Positions 42,682-56,399 of a stretch of 64,000 bases of DNA are shown in pieces; the first letter of the stretch is position 1; the number at the start of each line of letters is the position of its first letter. The notes beneath the pieces were generated by a model. That model was not told the origin of the DNA. It ran no database searches and was given only the letters and a program-made list of their open reading frames with translations. A program made the translations under genes and the position numbers. Source of the DNA: Octopus sinensis (Eukaryota); contig NC_043012.1 of the NCBI RefSeq assembly GCF_006345805.1, positions 51,274,001-51,338,000 on the forward strand, in the 5' to 3' direction.

Positions 42682-43569
42682 GACGCCAAACAATACCTTC
42701 TTTTTAATTCATGCCACCCAAGACACACTAAAACAAACATCCCCTTCAACCTTGCAAGAAGGATATGCACAATAGTGTCAGAACAAAATACCAGGAACTT
42801 TAGACTGCAAGAACTCAAAAACACCCTAATTGACAGACATTACCCAGCTCAACTCATAGAGGATGGGATCAGACGTGCAACAGAAATCAACATAGAAACT
42901 TTAAGAAAAGTTCAACACAACAACACACCTTACCCGAAAATACTACCTTACATATCTACATACAACCCCAGAAACAAAGAAGCCTTCACCATCATTACCC
43001 AGAATTTACCAATACTTCATAAAAACCCAAAATTAAAGGAAATTCTAAACATACACCAAATCATTAAAAGCTACAAACAGCCTAAATCACTTAAAAAGAT
43101 TCTCACAAAGGCAAAATTGTCTTCTAAAATTACGGATGCAAAAGTAAAAAAATGTGGTAGATCGAACTGTGCAACATGTCCTAACCTATTGGAAGGATCA
43201 GAATTCTTCTTTAAAGAGGGACAGAAATTTAAGATCAAATCTAACTTTACTTGTGCCTCTGAAAACATAATTTATGTTATTAAATGCTCGGGCTGCCACC
43301 AAGACTACGTGGGTTCCACGGGACTATCACTCAGGCGCAGATGCACACTGCATCGACAACAGATTGCATTCCCAGAATATAGAATGATACCTTTTAGTGA
43401 GCACATTGAGAAATGCGCAAAGCAACTACTGCCACAATTTTTAATCTTCCCATTTTACCAATGTGCTTTCGGATCATCAACACAAATGAGACTGAACAAG
43501 GAAACATTCTTCATTGAAAAGTACAAACCCAGACTCAACCATCCGAACATATTGACACAGAGAAATTAA
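42682..43569 (+). CDS. PLE pol C-terminal part: RT thumb, Cys-rich linker (CGRSNCATC) and intact GIY-YIG endonuclease; 5'-truncated, no native start
   Basis: NIIYVIKCSGCHQDYVGST...LRRRCTLH...SEH...KETFFI..KPRLN: GIY/YIG motifs with CxxC and catalytic R, E, N; uninterrupted frame. Confidence 0.9.
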   Translation, partial: DAKQYLLFNSCHPRHTKTNIPFNLARRICTIVSEQNTRNFRLQELKNTLIDRHYPAQLIEDGIRRATEINIETLRKVQHNNTPYPKILPYISTYNPRNKEAFTIITQNLPILHKNPKLKEILNIHQIIKSYKQPKSLKKILTKAKLSSKITDAKVKKCGRSNCATCPNLLEGSEFFFKEGQKFKIKSNFTCASENIIYVIKCSGCHQDYVGSTGLSLRRRCTLHRQQIAFPEYRMIPFSEHIEKCAKQLLPQFLIFPFYQCAFGSSTQMRLNKETFFIEKYKPRLNHPNILTQRN

Positions 43570-43706
43570 CAAGGAAAAAGGAAAAAAAAAATTTTTAAGC
43601 GATTATCTCCCCTACACCGAAAAAAATCACTCACTACCTCCCCTTATTTAGAAATCTCCTGGGAATAAAAACAACGATAATTCCATGCAATATAACACAA
43701 CGTCAC

Positions 43707-43746
43707 AAGAAATTTGAAAAGCTACACGCGAAACCGGTAATTTCTT
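43707..43746 (+). ncRNA. Type I minimal hammerhead ribozyme, U3-A8 core variant, in the PLE 3' terminal region
   Basis: AAGAAAT-TTGAAAA-GC(TACAC)GC-GAAA-CCG-GTA-ATTTCTT; perfect 7-bp stem I, palindromic ACCGGT stem III, GUA triplet with predicted cleavage after 43739. Confidence 0.85.
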
Positions 43747-43919
43747 AAAAATTTTAAAATTATGTCATTTTAAGGAAAGGGAAAAAAATTTTTTCCAATA
43801 TTCTCCAGACATTTTGACACAAATATATATATTTTTTAACATTTAAGCCTTCTGTCGTTTTTTCACACTTTACTATTTTCTTATATATTCACCCACGTGC
43901 TTTACCAAACAAACTTTCT

Positions 43920-43951
<32 letters not shown>

Positions 43952-44350
43952 TATATAGGTATGTTTGTATGTTTGTGTTTGATTTGATGCACGCATGCGT
44001 GATCGATATTGAAAGTATTTTAAACTCAAAGTTCGTGCCCCTCAGTCAATTCAGCTGTACTTTTATTCTTTCTTGAGACACCTCAGTGATGAGAAAACGA
44101 ATTTATGATTGATCGAAAAACATATTTGCTAACAAGCATGTTGCAGTTATATTTCATTTGAGAATTTTATCTAGTCAGTCTTTTATACGTTTGTTGCTTA
44201 TTACTTATTACAGATATGTACATTGATCGTTTATGAGTCTCGAGATACAGCTGTGCTTGTATGTGCATATTTGTACAGCTGTATATGTATCTATACATGC
44301 GTGTGAATACGTAAGTACGCAGGCACACTTTTATATATATATATAAATAT

Positions 44351-44382
<32 letters not shown>

Positions 44383-46211
44383 TTGTATGTGTGCGCGTGT
44401 GTTTGTGTTTATAGGTGAGTACGTGTGTAGGTTTGTTTGTATAAGTAAGCTTGTGATACAAATATGTTATCACAGTCAAACCCTTAGGGTTCTTCCTACT
44501 AAACTCGTTGGCGTTAAATATAGTTGCAAGAAGAATATTTAACGAACTACAAAAATAGTTCTTATATATAACATAAAATGACGAATATTTAATAAAAAAA
44601 GCTTTCGAAAATGAAAATATTAGGTATAATTTATTGAATAATATTTAGAACTTCAACTCTTTAATATCTTTCAAAATATGAAGAAAAAAATTAGAATACA
44701 AAAATCCACCTAAATTATTTCGAACGGAAATTTGAAATCCTGCGAACTATTTACGTTTCAAATTTTTAAACATATGTTTTCTTTTGTTTATATTGTGAAA
44801 TTTAGTTACAGTTTCATAAATTAAAGGAAGCGTTACTGCTCAGTAAATAGCTAATACTAATTCTACTGAATATCGAAAATGTGAATATGATAAAAAATAC
44901 CGTTATTATATTTACAAAGCTTTATGATCATTCAGAAACTTTAGTAGCCAAATCGAACTTTAAATGTAATTTTATTGTTTGCTAAGCGATTGTAATCGAA
45001 TAGCAAGTGTTTGCAATATTGCGCAATGTCATAAATGTGTTAGCTTAGTAAAGTTTGTGAATAACATAATTTAGAACTGATAACTACCAGCTAAATAATG
45101 CTATAGCTTAGCCTCAGACGTTTGTTTCGTAATTGCCGAAGCCATTATTATTTCGTTAACTAGCCGTTTTTTTTTATATCTCCATCAATTTGATTTCGAC
45201 AATATAGCTAGGAAAGAGAAAATATATTATTTGGTTTGGGATTGAAAACCTGCAAATTGAAGAATATTCTCATGGAAACTATAAGGAAAAGTTCAAATAC
45301 TTGTATTTTACATTACATGAATTATATTGTGAAAATGAGAGAAACATTTGAAAACGTAATTTAGTCCTACTAAATTATATCTATTATGTTATCATCGTAT
45401 TAGTCGTTAAATAGTCAAGCACTCGAAATCGGCAATTACAAATGTTGAAGTGTTTTATATATTTAAAGCCAATGAGATTTACTATGCTTCTTAGAAATTT
45501 TCGTCGCTGGTATAGGCAGCACAGTGCAGCATCTTGCTCAAATATTTAACATCTATATATTTCATAAAATGTAATAGGACGTCGTTACAATTTCAAAAAC
45601 AAACTTTGTCACTATATTCCAACAAAATCTTTTACTTCCCAAAATAATAAATGAATGACAAAGAGAGATGCAAATCGGTAGAATGTCTAGAGCTTTGTTT
45701 AATTTGCTTTGTGACATTTGTTCTAGTTCTATAATGCTTATGTTCAAATTCCACTGATGACATCTTTCTTTAGACCATTTCAAAAACAATGAATAATTTT
45801 CTAGTCTAGTTCTTCACATTCCATTCAGTTCGTATTCTATCTTTCTGCTTCACATTCTGAAAGAAATCAGTTCCTGTCAACCCTTGAAATAGATGAGCTT
45901 CATCAGAGATGAAATTACTCAAACACTTCGTGTGTAACTATGGTGACTTTGCACCTCCATTGCCATTTTGAGAACCCAAGGAAAGCAAAGTATAGCAGGA
46001 CATTGGATAATACATAGACCCAAAGATTCATTGCTACTTTACGGTACCGATCTCTGAATGCTAACAGGCGGCAACATAGATCCCGATGGGACTCGAAACC
46101 CGAACGAAAAGTGATGCTGAGATAATTCAATAATTCCACAATTCATTTAGCTAGGCTGATATCTTTATATCATATATTATTATTTTGTTTTAATGTAGGC
46201 TTCTATATATA

Positions 46212-46440
46212 TCTCTTTATTACCCACAAGGGGCTAAACACAGAGGGGACAAACAAGGACAGCCAGGGGTACTAAGTCGATTACATCGACCCCAGTGCGT
46301 AACTGGTACTTAATTTATTGACCCCGAAAGTATGAAAGGCAAAGTCGACCTCGGCACAATTTGAACTCAACGTAACGACAGACGAAATACGGCTACGCAT
46401 TTCGCCCGGCGTGCTAACGTTTCTGCCAGCTCACCGCCTT
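46212..46440 (-). mobile_element. SINE family A monomer
   Basis: Complete head-to-tail copy. Confidence 0.9.
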
Positions 46441-46751
46441 GAAGGCTTCTATATCAGATATAAAGAGACGAACATGGAAGATATAAATGAGTTAGTGTGA
46501 TTTAATATGTTATCACCTGAGACAGCATTAAAGATTCAAGTTTGAATATTATAAGGCATAGCCATGGATTGGAAATTAGGAAGTTGTCTGCGTAACCCTG
46601 GGCATCGAAGTCACTCAAGCTACACATAAAAAAGGAAAGTGTTACGATGCCTTCTATAACATGCTTTGTATTAACTAGCACCTTTTGTGTGGAATTTCAT
46701 GAATAGAATCACATGTAGAAACGCACTATGTTTAAATATATATATATATAT

Positions 46752-47165
46752 TTATTTATTGCCCACAAGGGGTAAACATAAAGGGGACAAACAAGGCCAG
46801 ACAAATAGATTAAGTGGATTATATCGATCCCCAGTGCGTAACTGGTACTTATTTAATCGGCCCTTAAAAGATGAAAGGCAAAGTTGTCCTCGGTTGAATT
46901 TGAACTCAGAACGTAGCGGCTGACGAATAACCTATTTCATTACTACCCACAAGGGGCTAAACACAGAGAGGACAAACAAGGACAGACAAATGGATTACGT
47001 CGACTACATCGACCCCAGTGCGTCACTGCTACTTAATTTATCGACCCCGAAAGTATAAAAGGTAAAGTCGACCTCAGCGAAATTTGAACTCAGAACAGAG
47101 CGGCGGACGAAATGCCACAAAGCATTTCGCCCGGTGTGCTAACGTTTCTGCCAGCTCGCCGCCTT
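46752..47165 (-). mobile_element. SINE family A dimer
   Basis: Two units, junction near 46931. Confidence 0.9.
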
Positions 47166-48914
47166 ATATATATGGATGCATATACATACATTCATACATA
47201 AATACATACATACATATGTATGCGTGTGTATGTTCGGGCATGCGCACGTATGCGTGTGTGAATATAGCACATGTTTTCCAGAGGACAACTTCTTACATCG
47301 AGCAATTAGGCAAAAATTTTATTATGTGCTCAATAAAATATATAAAGGATGTGAATGTTACATTATTGCTATGACTATGATGAAAGTGAAAGTATGGGGC
47401 TGGATTTGAAATCCGATAGCTATTCCATAGGATACATATTACGGCAAATGCTTTAGTTATTATATCTATCAGCTTGCCTGTATATGCCTATCTGGGGGTA
47501 ACAATTTCGTAATTTTAAATCTTAATTGAATACGATTCCTTCCAAGTCGGATTTATATAGTCATTATAAAAACAGCCAGTAATAGATTGAGATCGAAAAA
47601 TCAGTAAAATACTTGGTATGTACGTTGATATGATTGACTAATCCCTTTTATGAGGTTGCAAAAACTTGCTGCAGCTTAATGAATAAAAGCAGTAACAGGA
47701 AAAATATAACGCAAAATGTATGACTATATTTTGAAGTTTTATTGGAAAATGTTCAATTCTGTGAAAGATAATTTCATATTTTTTTTAAAGTTTTCCCTAG
47801 TGTTTTGTTCAAAACCTGCAGTATATTATATTTGAAATATAATCGAAAATTTATTTAATTATCTCACTGTAGTTTTACAGCTATCATTCTATAAAAAAAA
47901 ACAACTATATATTTAAATAGTCCTTTAAAATGTTACAACTAATGAAATTGGATGTGAGGAAATTGAATTATTCTATGCGATGAAAAATAGAGAAAAACAC
48001 TCGTAATGCATACTTTTCTTGATGAAAAGTTTCAAACAATATATCATTTAATATGTAAAATTCTTTGATTTTTTTACAGATCAGCGCTCCTAATCAAAAT
48101 TCGCAACCTATCAACATGTGTCTAAATATCTATTTTATGCACGCTCACACGCACATGCATACACATGTAGACACTGCCATAAGCATACAAAGGCTCATGT
48201 GTATATATGTAAATATATAGATATCCATCCATCTGCACATACATAGATAAGTATAGGCACACGTATATATATATGTATATATATGTTGGGGGTGAGTGTG
48301 TGTGAGTGTGTGTGTCTAATACGTATGTATAAATAAAATGATTTACCTCAAAATTTAGTTTTCATCATTACAGAGTGAACATAAGAGGCATGGAGTCATT
48401 TATGGCAGTTAATGTTAAGCTGGGATATTGCATAAGGACGCCAGAATGCCGCATGTTCAATTTGTCTACTCCTCTTACAGTCGTTGGGTAGATAAGAATA
48501 TATAATAGGCAAATATTTTAAATGTACTTTGAGACATATTACCAAGACATATAGAACAACTCACTGTGCCAAGGAAAGGGAACTCAGAACGTAGAAACGA
48601 AGGAAACGGCGTGAAGCACTTGGTTTCACCTGCTAACGATTCTGCCCGTCCGCCAACTTAATATCACCTAATATTAATAATATTATAGTTAATAAATTAG
48701 GACAAATGTCTTACAAACAGTTGCACATGCAAGTGCTACCAATCAAAATCTCCGCATACCGGAAGCCAGCAAGTGTATGGGGTCATCAGGACAGAATGCG
48801 CGCCGTTTCGGGGCCTACCTTTCGACGGCATCAATGGGCACCGGCCCCTCACTGATATGAGGCCCACTAGCGAGATCAGGTGCTTACTAAATTGAAATTA
48901 GTCTTTAGTCTTTT

Positions 48915-49310
48915 AGTCTTTTACTTGTTTCAGTCATTTGACTGCGGCCATGCTGGAGCACCGCCTTTAGTCGAGCAAATCGATCCCGGGACTTATTCTT
49001 TGTAAGCCCAGTACTTATCCTATCGGTCTCTTTTGCCGCACCGCTAAGTGACGGGGACGTAAACACATCAGCATCGGTTGTCAAGCAATGCTAGGGGGAC
49101 AAACACAGACACGCAAACACACACACGCACATATATATACATATATACGACGGGCTTCTTTCAGTTTCCGTCTACCAAATCCACTCACAAGGCATTGGTC
49201 GGCCCGGGGCTATAGCAGAAGACACTTGCCCTAGATGCCACGCAGTGGGACTGAACCTGGAACTATGTGGTTGGTAGCAAGGTACTTACCACACAGCCAC
49301 TCCTGCGCCT
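48915..49310 (-). mobile_element. tRNA/CORE-type SINE family D, full length
   Basis: Minus head AGGCGCAGGAGTGGCTGTGTGGTAAG..GGTTCAGTCCC, core ggcatctagggcaagtgtcttc; partial copies at 57362-57510, 60990-61190, 62330-62440. Confidence 0.85.
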
Positions 49311-49750
49311 GTAACAGTATGTGAAACAGATGGAGTAGGAAATATTTACTCATCTGAGTATATACCGTATAGAAACTTTTAGATATTACGATTTATATAG
49401 TTTTCATAATGATGGAACTTATCCAACCAACAGGGCTTGGAATAATCTTTCAAAGGTTTCTCTTAAGTTAAGTACAGCAAGCAACCTCTGTGTTGGCAAT
49501 GATGAGTGAATGCATATATTGTGTCATAGCTCTGTAAACCAGAGAGTAAACTAGTTTTTTCTTGTAAGTCATGGATTATCGAACTTGCTCAGTTGATGTA
49601 AACGATATATTAGGGATGTAAAAAGATTAGAGGCCAAATTCAATTAGAATCCAAAGTCAAAGTGCTAAAACATATGTAAAATGTCACCAATCATGTTTAA
49701 CACTAATCGTCTGTAAGTATACCTCACTCTGACTCTCCATGCGTGTGTGA

Positions 49751-49791
<41 letters not shown>

Positions 49792-50475
49792 AATACGTAT
49801 ATATACATGTACTCACACACACACACATATATGTATTGGGAATAAAAAAGGGTACACTCATATACGTCTATATGTATGTATATATTGTATATTATACATA
49901 ATTATATGCGTAAAACATCTATCTATCTCTATATATATATATAGGGAGAGAGAGAGAGAGAGGGAGAGAGAGATAGATAGATAGATAGATTGATAGATAG
50001 ATAGATAGAGAGACAGAGAGAGAGATAAAGAGAGAGATGCGTCGTATTTTTGAGCAAAATGCAGTTCATGTTGCTCTGCGATCACTTCGATACCTGATGT
50101 GTGGTACACCATGAGCCTGTTTAGGTAATATCGATTTGGTAGCGGGTAGTGAGCAAATGTACCAGACATACATTTGATCACTATCAATAAATCACTTTTT
50201 GTCCCAGTCGTTCGTCAAAATTTGAACGTTCATACGTCGTCTTCTGGAGATGAATCCACCTCACACACACACACGCACAGACACACAAAACACACACACA
50301 CACACACCACACACACACACACACACATGTATATATCGGAGCAATCTCAAGATTAATCAGCCGAAATTGCGAAGATGATCCGGTTCTTGACTGTGAAGGC
50401 TTCGAATGTCCCGTCCGTGTTTTTTGTGTCGTCTTCGAATGTTTCACGTTCTTGTCCCAGTTTGTATTTTTTCCC

Positions 50476-50569
<94 letters not shown>

Positions 50570-50591
50570 CATTGCTTATAATTTTTCATTG

Positions 50592-50799
<208 letters not shown>

Positions 50800-50807
50800 T
50801 ACATTCA

Positions 50808-51120
50808 TGGAGGTGCAATGGCCCAGTGATGAGGGCAGCGGACTCGCTGTTGTAGGATCGCGGTTTCGATTTCCGACCGGACATTGTGAGTGTTTATTGA
50901 GCGAAAACACCTAAAGCTCCACGAGGCGCCCGGCAGTGGGGTGGGTGGCGATCCCTGCTGTACTTTTTCGCCACAACCTTCTCTCACCCTTTCTTCTGTT
51001 GGCCTGCTCACTTAGCCAGTGGGGTGGCGTCATTTGAAGGTTAAATCAATGCGAAGCGCATTGTGAACAGCGATGTGTAGCAACATCGGTTAGCCTGGTC
51101 GGTCACGGTTATCACCGTGA
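50808..51120 (+). mobile_element. tRNA-SINE related to family B (same head, different tail)
   Basis: TGGCCCAGTGAT..GGTTTCGATT; gagcgaaaacacctaaagctccacg shared with 37683-37705. Confidence 0.75.
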
Positions 51121-51749
51121 TATACATACATAAACACTTTTATATACATAAGCACACGCATACAGAGAAATCGTTTCATAATATTCACACTATTGAATCA
51201 TATACTTCAATTCAACGAATTATAAGCATTCATCATATTATTTACCTTTAAGGTTTTCTTTTGTTACTTGTTTAAAGTAAACTGGGTTTCATTTAAAGCT
51301 AGACAACTGCTTCAGACGCTTTCCTTTATCCAAAAGAAGCATTATAATTACCTACCCATCTTTTTTTTTTATATCGATATAACCACAATACTGTGTAAAG
51401 AAAACTGTAGATTAAATCATTATTGATTTGAAATTTTACGACAAGACCAGCAGTTTCGAGGGTAGAAGTAAGTCGATACTTTTTTATCGACCCCGAAAGG
51501 ATGAGGAATAAAGTTGACCTCGGTGGCATTCAGAACGTAACCACGAACGAAATGCTGCGAATCATTTGAACAGTGCTACTGCTACGTATTTCGAATATCA
51601 CTGTTACGATTCTGCCTCTCAAAACCATTGAAATAACAACTAATCTTAATTTTTTCCTAATTAATTCTTACGTTACCAACATAAATCGGCTTTTTTTAAC
51701 CTATTCATTATAACTTATACACTAATTGCTGAACAATTGTATTAACATA

Positions 51750-52225
51750 CCGTAAATCCTTGAGTATAGTTCTCCCTTGAGTATAATACGCAGAGGATTT
51801 TTAGGGGTTTGTACCTATGAAAAACTTAAACCTTGTGTATAATACACACGCCTTCTCTAACTTGAGTCAAGGAGGTCTATATATCGTCCTTGGTTTGTAA
51901 AAATGTATACGATAACGTCCTTTATTATTATTGTATATATATCATAATGCAAACTTGTAGCTTTTTTGTGCATTTTGCAGAAAATAAAGAAATAACAGTA
52001 ATAACGTTTAATAAATGTTGCTAACTGCAAGTTATGGAAGATTTAAGGTATTTTCGCGCCCGACATGACAAAATGCGTCTGAATAAACATTGCCGGACAG
52101 CAAATAGAGACTCAGACATTGCCTAGAAAATAATTTTCATTTTTAACCTCGTATATAGTACTCACTAGGGATTTTGAGCTTTAAATTTTGGGGAAAAAAT
52201 GCGGATTATACTCGAGGATTTACAG
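51750..52225. mobile_element. Tc1/mariner-pogo-type MITE with TA target duplication
   Basis: TA|CCGTAAATCCTTGAGTATA ... TATACTCGAGGATTTACAG|TA terminal inverted repeats. Confidence 0.85.
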
Positions 52226-53027
52226 TAAGTGTTCGTCAACTGGATGTTAACCTGTTTCATGATTTCACATGACTAAGAAGACATTTTATCATAGTTATGG
52301 AATGAGTTTATCTTTTTTCTTCCTTCCATTTTGCTCTTTTTACGTAGACAGAAACCAAATTAAAAGTAAGTTGAGAGATAAGTAAATTGACTATTATACA
52401 CACTGTGTTGCTCGTTAATTCTTGAAAGACTTCAGAGGTAATAATACGTTTCCATGTTGAAACCGAAAATTACATTTTAACGTAAAGGACAATGCGTTAA
52501 AGAAAACAACAATGAAAGATTTATCATGAAGTGGAAGAAAGTGAACGGGTAACAACTAAATAAAATGTATGACTGCATTTTTTATTTCTCTTAATGGGAA
52601 AGTTTGGAACAGTTTTCTTTTTTTCCTTTACATTCTCTGATTTCCTGTTAACAGTAAACACATAAAATATAAATCTTTCTATCATTGTTGTTACTATTGC
52701 TATCAGTTTATCATCATCAACATCTTCGCCCACATCATATCCACTATATTACTATTATCAATAATGTTACTGTTATTTGTATTAATAATATAATATATTA
52801 CGTGGCGTTTCTTTTAAGATCAAATCCCTCCACTGCCAACTTTGTGTTTCAATCTTACATGGTCGATGAAATATGGTACTTGTTTTGTAATATGGTCTAT
52901 GTAACTACTTAATACTTACCATTGAAAATGCCTCAATGAGTAGCTATTATTATCATTAATATTATTATTATTATTATTATTATTGTTGTTGTTATTATCA
53001 ATATTATTATTATTATTATTATTATTA

Positions 53028-53077
<50 letters not shown>

Positions 53078-55434
53078 GTTGTTGTTGTTGTTGTTGTTGT
53101 TGTTACTTGTTATTGTAGTAGTATTCATGTTATAAATATTATTATGGTTGATGTAACAAACATCACTGTTATCAACAGCAGCAACAGTAGTAGGTTTAGT
53201 AGGTCTAGAAGTACTGGTAGTGGTAGTTGTAGCAGTGACAGAAGCAGTGGCAGTAGTAGTATTTCCAGCTTGATGAATTCTTGTTTATCGAAACGAAAAA
53301 CTATTAAACTTCAAAATGATTATAGGGAAGAAAATAATAACAATGTTTGACATTTAAATTGACTTCACGTCGAACTAAATAATTCAAAGCCGATATGAAT
53401 CAATCAAAACTGTTGAAAATCCACTGTAGTCTTAATGGCAGTTCATTTTAATACAGGTAGTTCACTTATAATCGAATGACATTCTCATCGAAAGCTACAT
53501 TTTCTGAGATCAGGTAGAGAAAAAAATAGAAAAGAAATGCGCCAAAATGCGCAAAAAATAAAAATGCCTAACGGCAAAACGAAGTGATTTAAGGGAAAAA
53601 CAAACTAAAACTATAGATGCAATTTACATTTTTGGTTTGCATTTGTGTATGCCATTGTTCAAGTTTTATATTTATTGCTGTAGTATATATTTTCTTTTCG
53701 GCTTTCTTATTTCATTAAATATCAAAGAGGCTTATTTATTTATTGTTCATGATTCAATATTTATATATTTTTATTTCGTGTTTTATTTACGACTTTAGTC
53801 GGGATGTTAATCCTAATTGCATATCTTAACATTTATTCTTTCAGTAATAAAAACCAGTTTCGAATATAATCTTTTAAAATTATAATTTCTTTAAAGCATA
53901 ACAATATGACGGTTAAATGAAGAACAAAAACAAAGCAAAAGAACCGGAGCGCATTTATTTCCGAGCAATAGAAGCTAAATTCCAGCCTTAGTTGACGATA
54001 TTTTGACATCGAAATGAAACATTAATTGAATGGATGTCACAAATAGTTGAAACATAATCATAGTTTTTCGATGTTGAAATGGAATTCTAAATCTTTGAGT
54101 GAGGCAATTATGATAGCTATAATGCGATTCCAATTTTTAGTGTCAAGTATTAGATTTTCAACAAAAGAAACACAGAAAATGTAGAAATGTAACAGAGTAC
54201 AAGTGGTAGACGTCTGACGTATTTGCACTCATACAGACGATGTGCACCCGAATATGAATCTATAGAATCTCAGACATTGGAAATGCATATTTTACTGACG
54301 ATAACGTTGAGATACACAGTGATGAGTGAAAACAATATACAGAAGTGTGTTCGTGGGCAGCCCTCATCATTTAAAGTTGAAACAATCCAAAGATAACGTC
54401 TGACCTTTAACCAACCAATCAAATTCCAAAGAAATTGTTGTTTGTTTTCCCAGAATTATGAAACAACTGTCCTTCAAAGGAATCTTGGGGTTGAGTTTTG
54501 TGATCCCATTGTACTTTGTTAACTTATATTATTTTACGTCATTGAAATTAAAAGTCGATAATCTGCGATAAATGAAAGCTATTAATTAGGACAATGAATA
54601 AAAGATCTTCAAACACAATACACCGCTGAAGATGTCCTGCACCAGATGTAACGTCTAGATTTCTACTTTAACTAATTCGGTGTCTGGCGGCGACGGAAAA
54701 CATTCAATAGCATACTGTTTAATACTCATTCACATCTACGCTGGGAGTTCAAATTTTGCTGAAGTCAACAGAGACTTCAGTAGTGTCGGGTTCGATACAA
54801 ATACAATACGGTCGATTAATGGAAGTTGTAATAACCAGATACCGACTGTTATTATTTTTTTTTCGTAAATTTGTGCAATGTGTTCGAATCCTATCTTCGT
54901 CTTCCTGTTTGGTGACTTAATCCATCGCTCGGCTTTACACCAGCCCTTAGTAACATGATTGTCCTTTACTGATTCATGCTGTTGTAAGCCTTCGAAGTTG
55001 GTTTCATGTTGGAGAATATATTTCTTCCTTTCTGTTATTAGTTTTGGAATCCCCATAAAAATATCCTAGTAATTCATTACTTTCTTAATGAAATAAAAAT
55101 TTCCATTAACTTAAAGTTTTCTGCAAAAAGAAGGTAATGTTTATTTATTTGCTCTGTACAGGTTAATTTTCAGTACTGGGCTCAGATCTGGCATAGTATG
55201 AATATGAATTTACATATATGTATACAAACATGTATGTGTGCGTGCGCGAATGTGTATGCGTATGCGAATGTGTGTGTGAGTGTCTGTCGGTGTATGCATA
55301 CACGCAAAGACAGAGAGAGAGGGGGGAAGAGGGAAAGAAAGAATAAATTATTTGTTTGTGTGTTGGCATATTTATTGAAAGTTTTTGTTTAAATATATCT
55401 TTGAAAATATATAGTGTATTTGTATATATGTCAA

Positions 55435-55811
55435 CTAGCAGCTAAGCCCGGTTTCACCCAGTCTGTTTGGATGATGTGGCTGTGATCGTTTTCGGTTAGG
55501 CATAATTTATAACAGCTTTTCTCAACCATATCAATTCGGGTCCCCTGTTTCGACTGGAGCCTACAGCTGTGTGAAAATTTATATGACCCCAACCTGTCAG
55601 AAAACAGCTTCTAAGCAATGGTTGTTTTAATGGCAGAAGAAAGAGGGAAATTCATTTTCAAAGAAAGTTTTAATCGATTTTCTCGGTAATTATGGGTGCT
55701 AGGAAAATAATACAAACCGCATTCCAATCTATGCACCCATTTGCCGTTTGGCTGTGAACCTCAAGAAAAGAAAGACTACAAAGCTCGCCCATGTCCAATT
55801 TATATTATAGA
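55435..55811 (-). mobile_element. Non-autonomous Helitron
   Basis: Minus strand: A|TCTATAATATA 5' end; 3' hairpin (ctgggtgaaaccggg) then CTAG|T; no TSD. Confidence 0.75.
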
Positions 55812-56399
55812 TATCTATATCTATTTACCTATATATATTAATATGTATATATATATATACATATGTGTGTAAGTGTATATATATATGCGTATGTATATGT
55901 GCGTGTTTGTGTGTATGTATGTTTCATTATTTTGTTTTATTGTGCACCGATAAAAGGTGCAAAGATTGAATTCTATACAGAATTTGAGTCATTTGTAGAA
56001 AATACTAGAATTTCTAAGTCCCCATTAGCTGGATAAAGTTACATACTCTTCTTGGAAATTCATAATCATGGTCTTAGATCTGGATGCCAAATAAAAGAAT
56101 AGAATTAATAATGAAAATATTAGATACTTAAGGCATAAATGCTGGGAGAGGTTTGAATGAGCATATGCGTATCACATAAGAGGGGACAATCACTTTTAGA
56201 AAGTTAGGTTTCTCATATTTCGTCAAAATTTCACAAACGAAGAAAGTTAATTTTAAACTCATATTCTGTTTGGCTATGAAGAGAAACTAAAACCATTTGC
56301 TGTTTTTCAACTGTCCAGTAGTTCATCAGTGAGAGGATCTTCTAGGCCATGTTTCCCTTTGGACTGTAGCGATGTATTTTAAAATATTGTCAGATTTTG

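Larger units (their letters stand above)
41231..43920. mobile_element. Young Penelope-like retroelement (Neptune-like), two 5'-truncated copies joined head to head, inserted in (TA)n
   Basis: Left copy on minus 41231-42681, right copy on plus 42682-43920; 41231-42227 and 42682-43885 are about 99% identical inverted arms apart from a 200-bp deletion on the left. Confidence 0.95.

Noticed and set aside
48745-48895. GC-rich patch with GAAAC, GTC and CTGATGA on the minus strand
   Set aside because: No stem I between GTC and CTGATGA and no stem II pairing; not a hammerhead, probably an unclassified repeat end.
56290-56340. CTGATGA...GAAA on the minus strand (also CTGATGA at 28728-28734)
   Set aside because: No complementary stem I or properly placed cleavage triplet; chance core matches.
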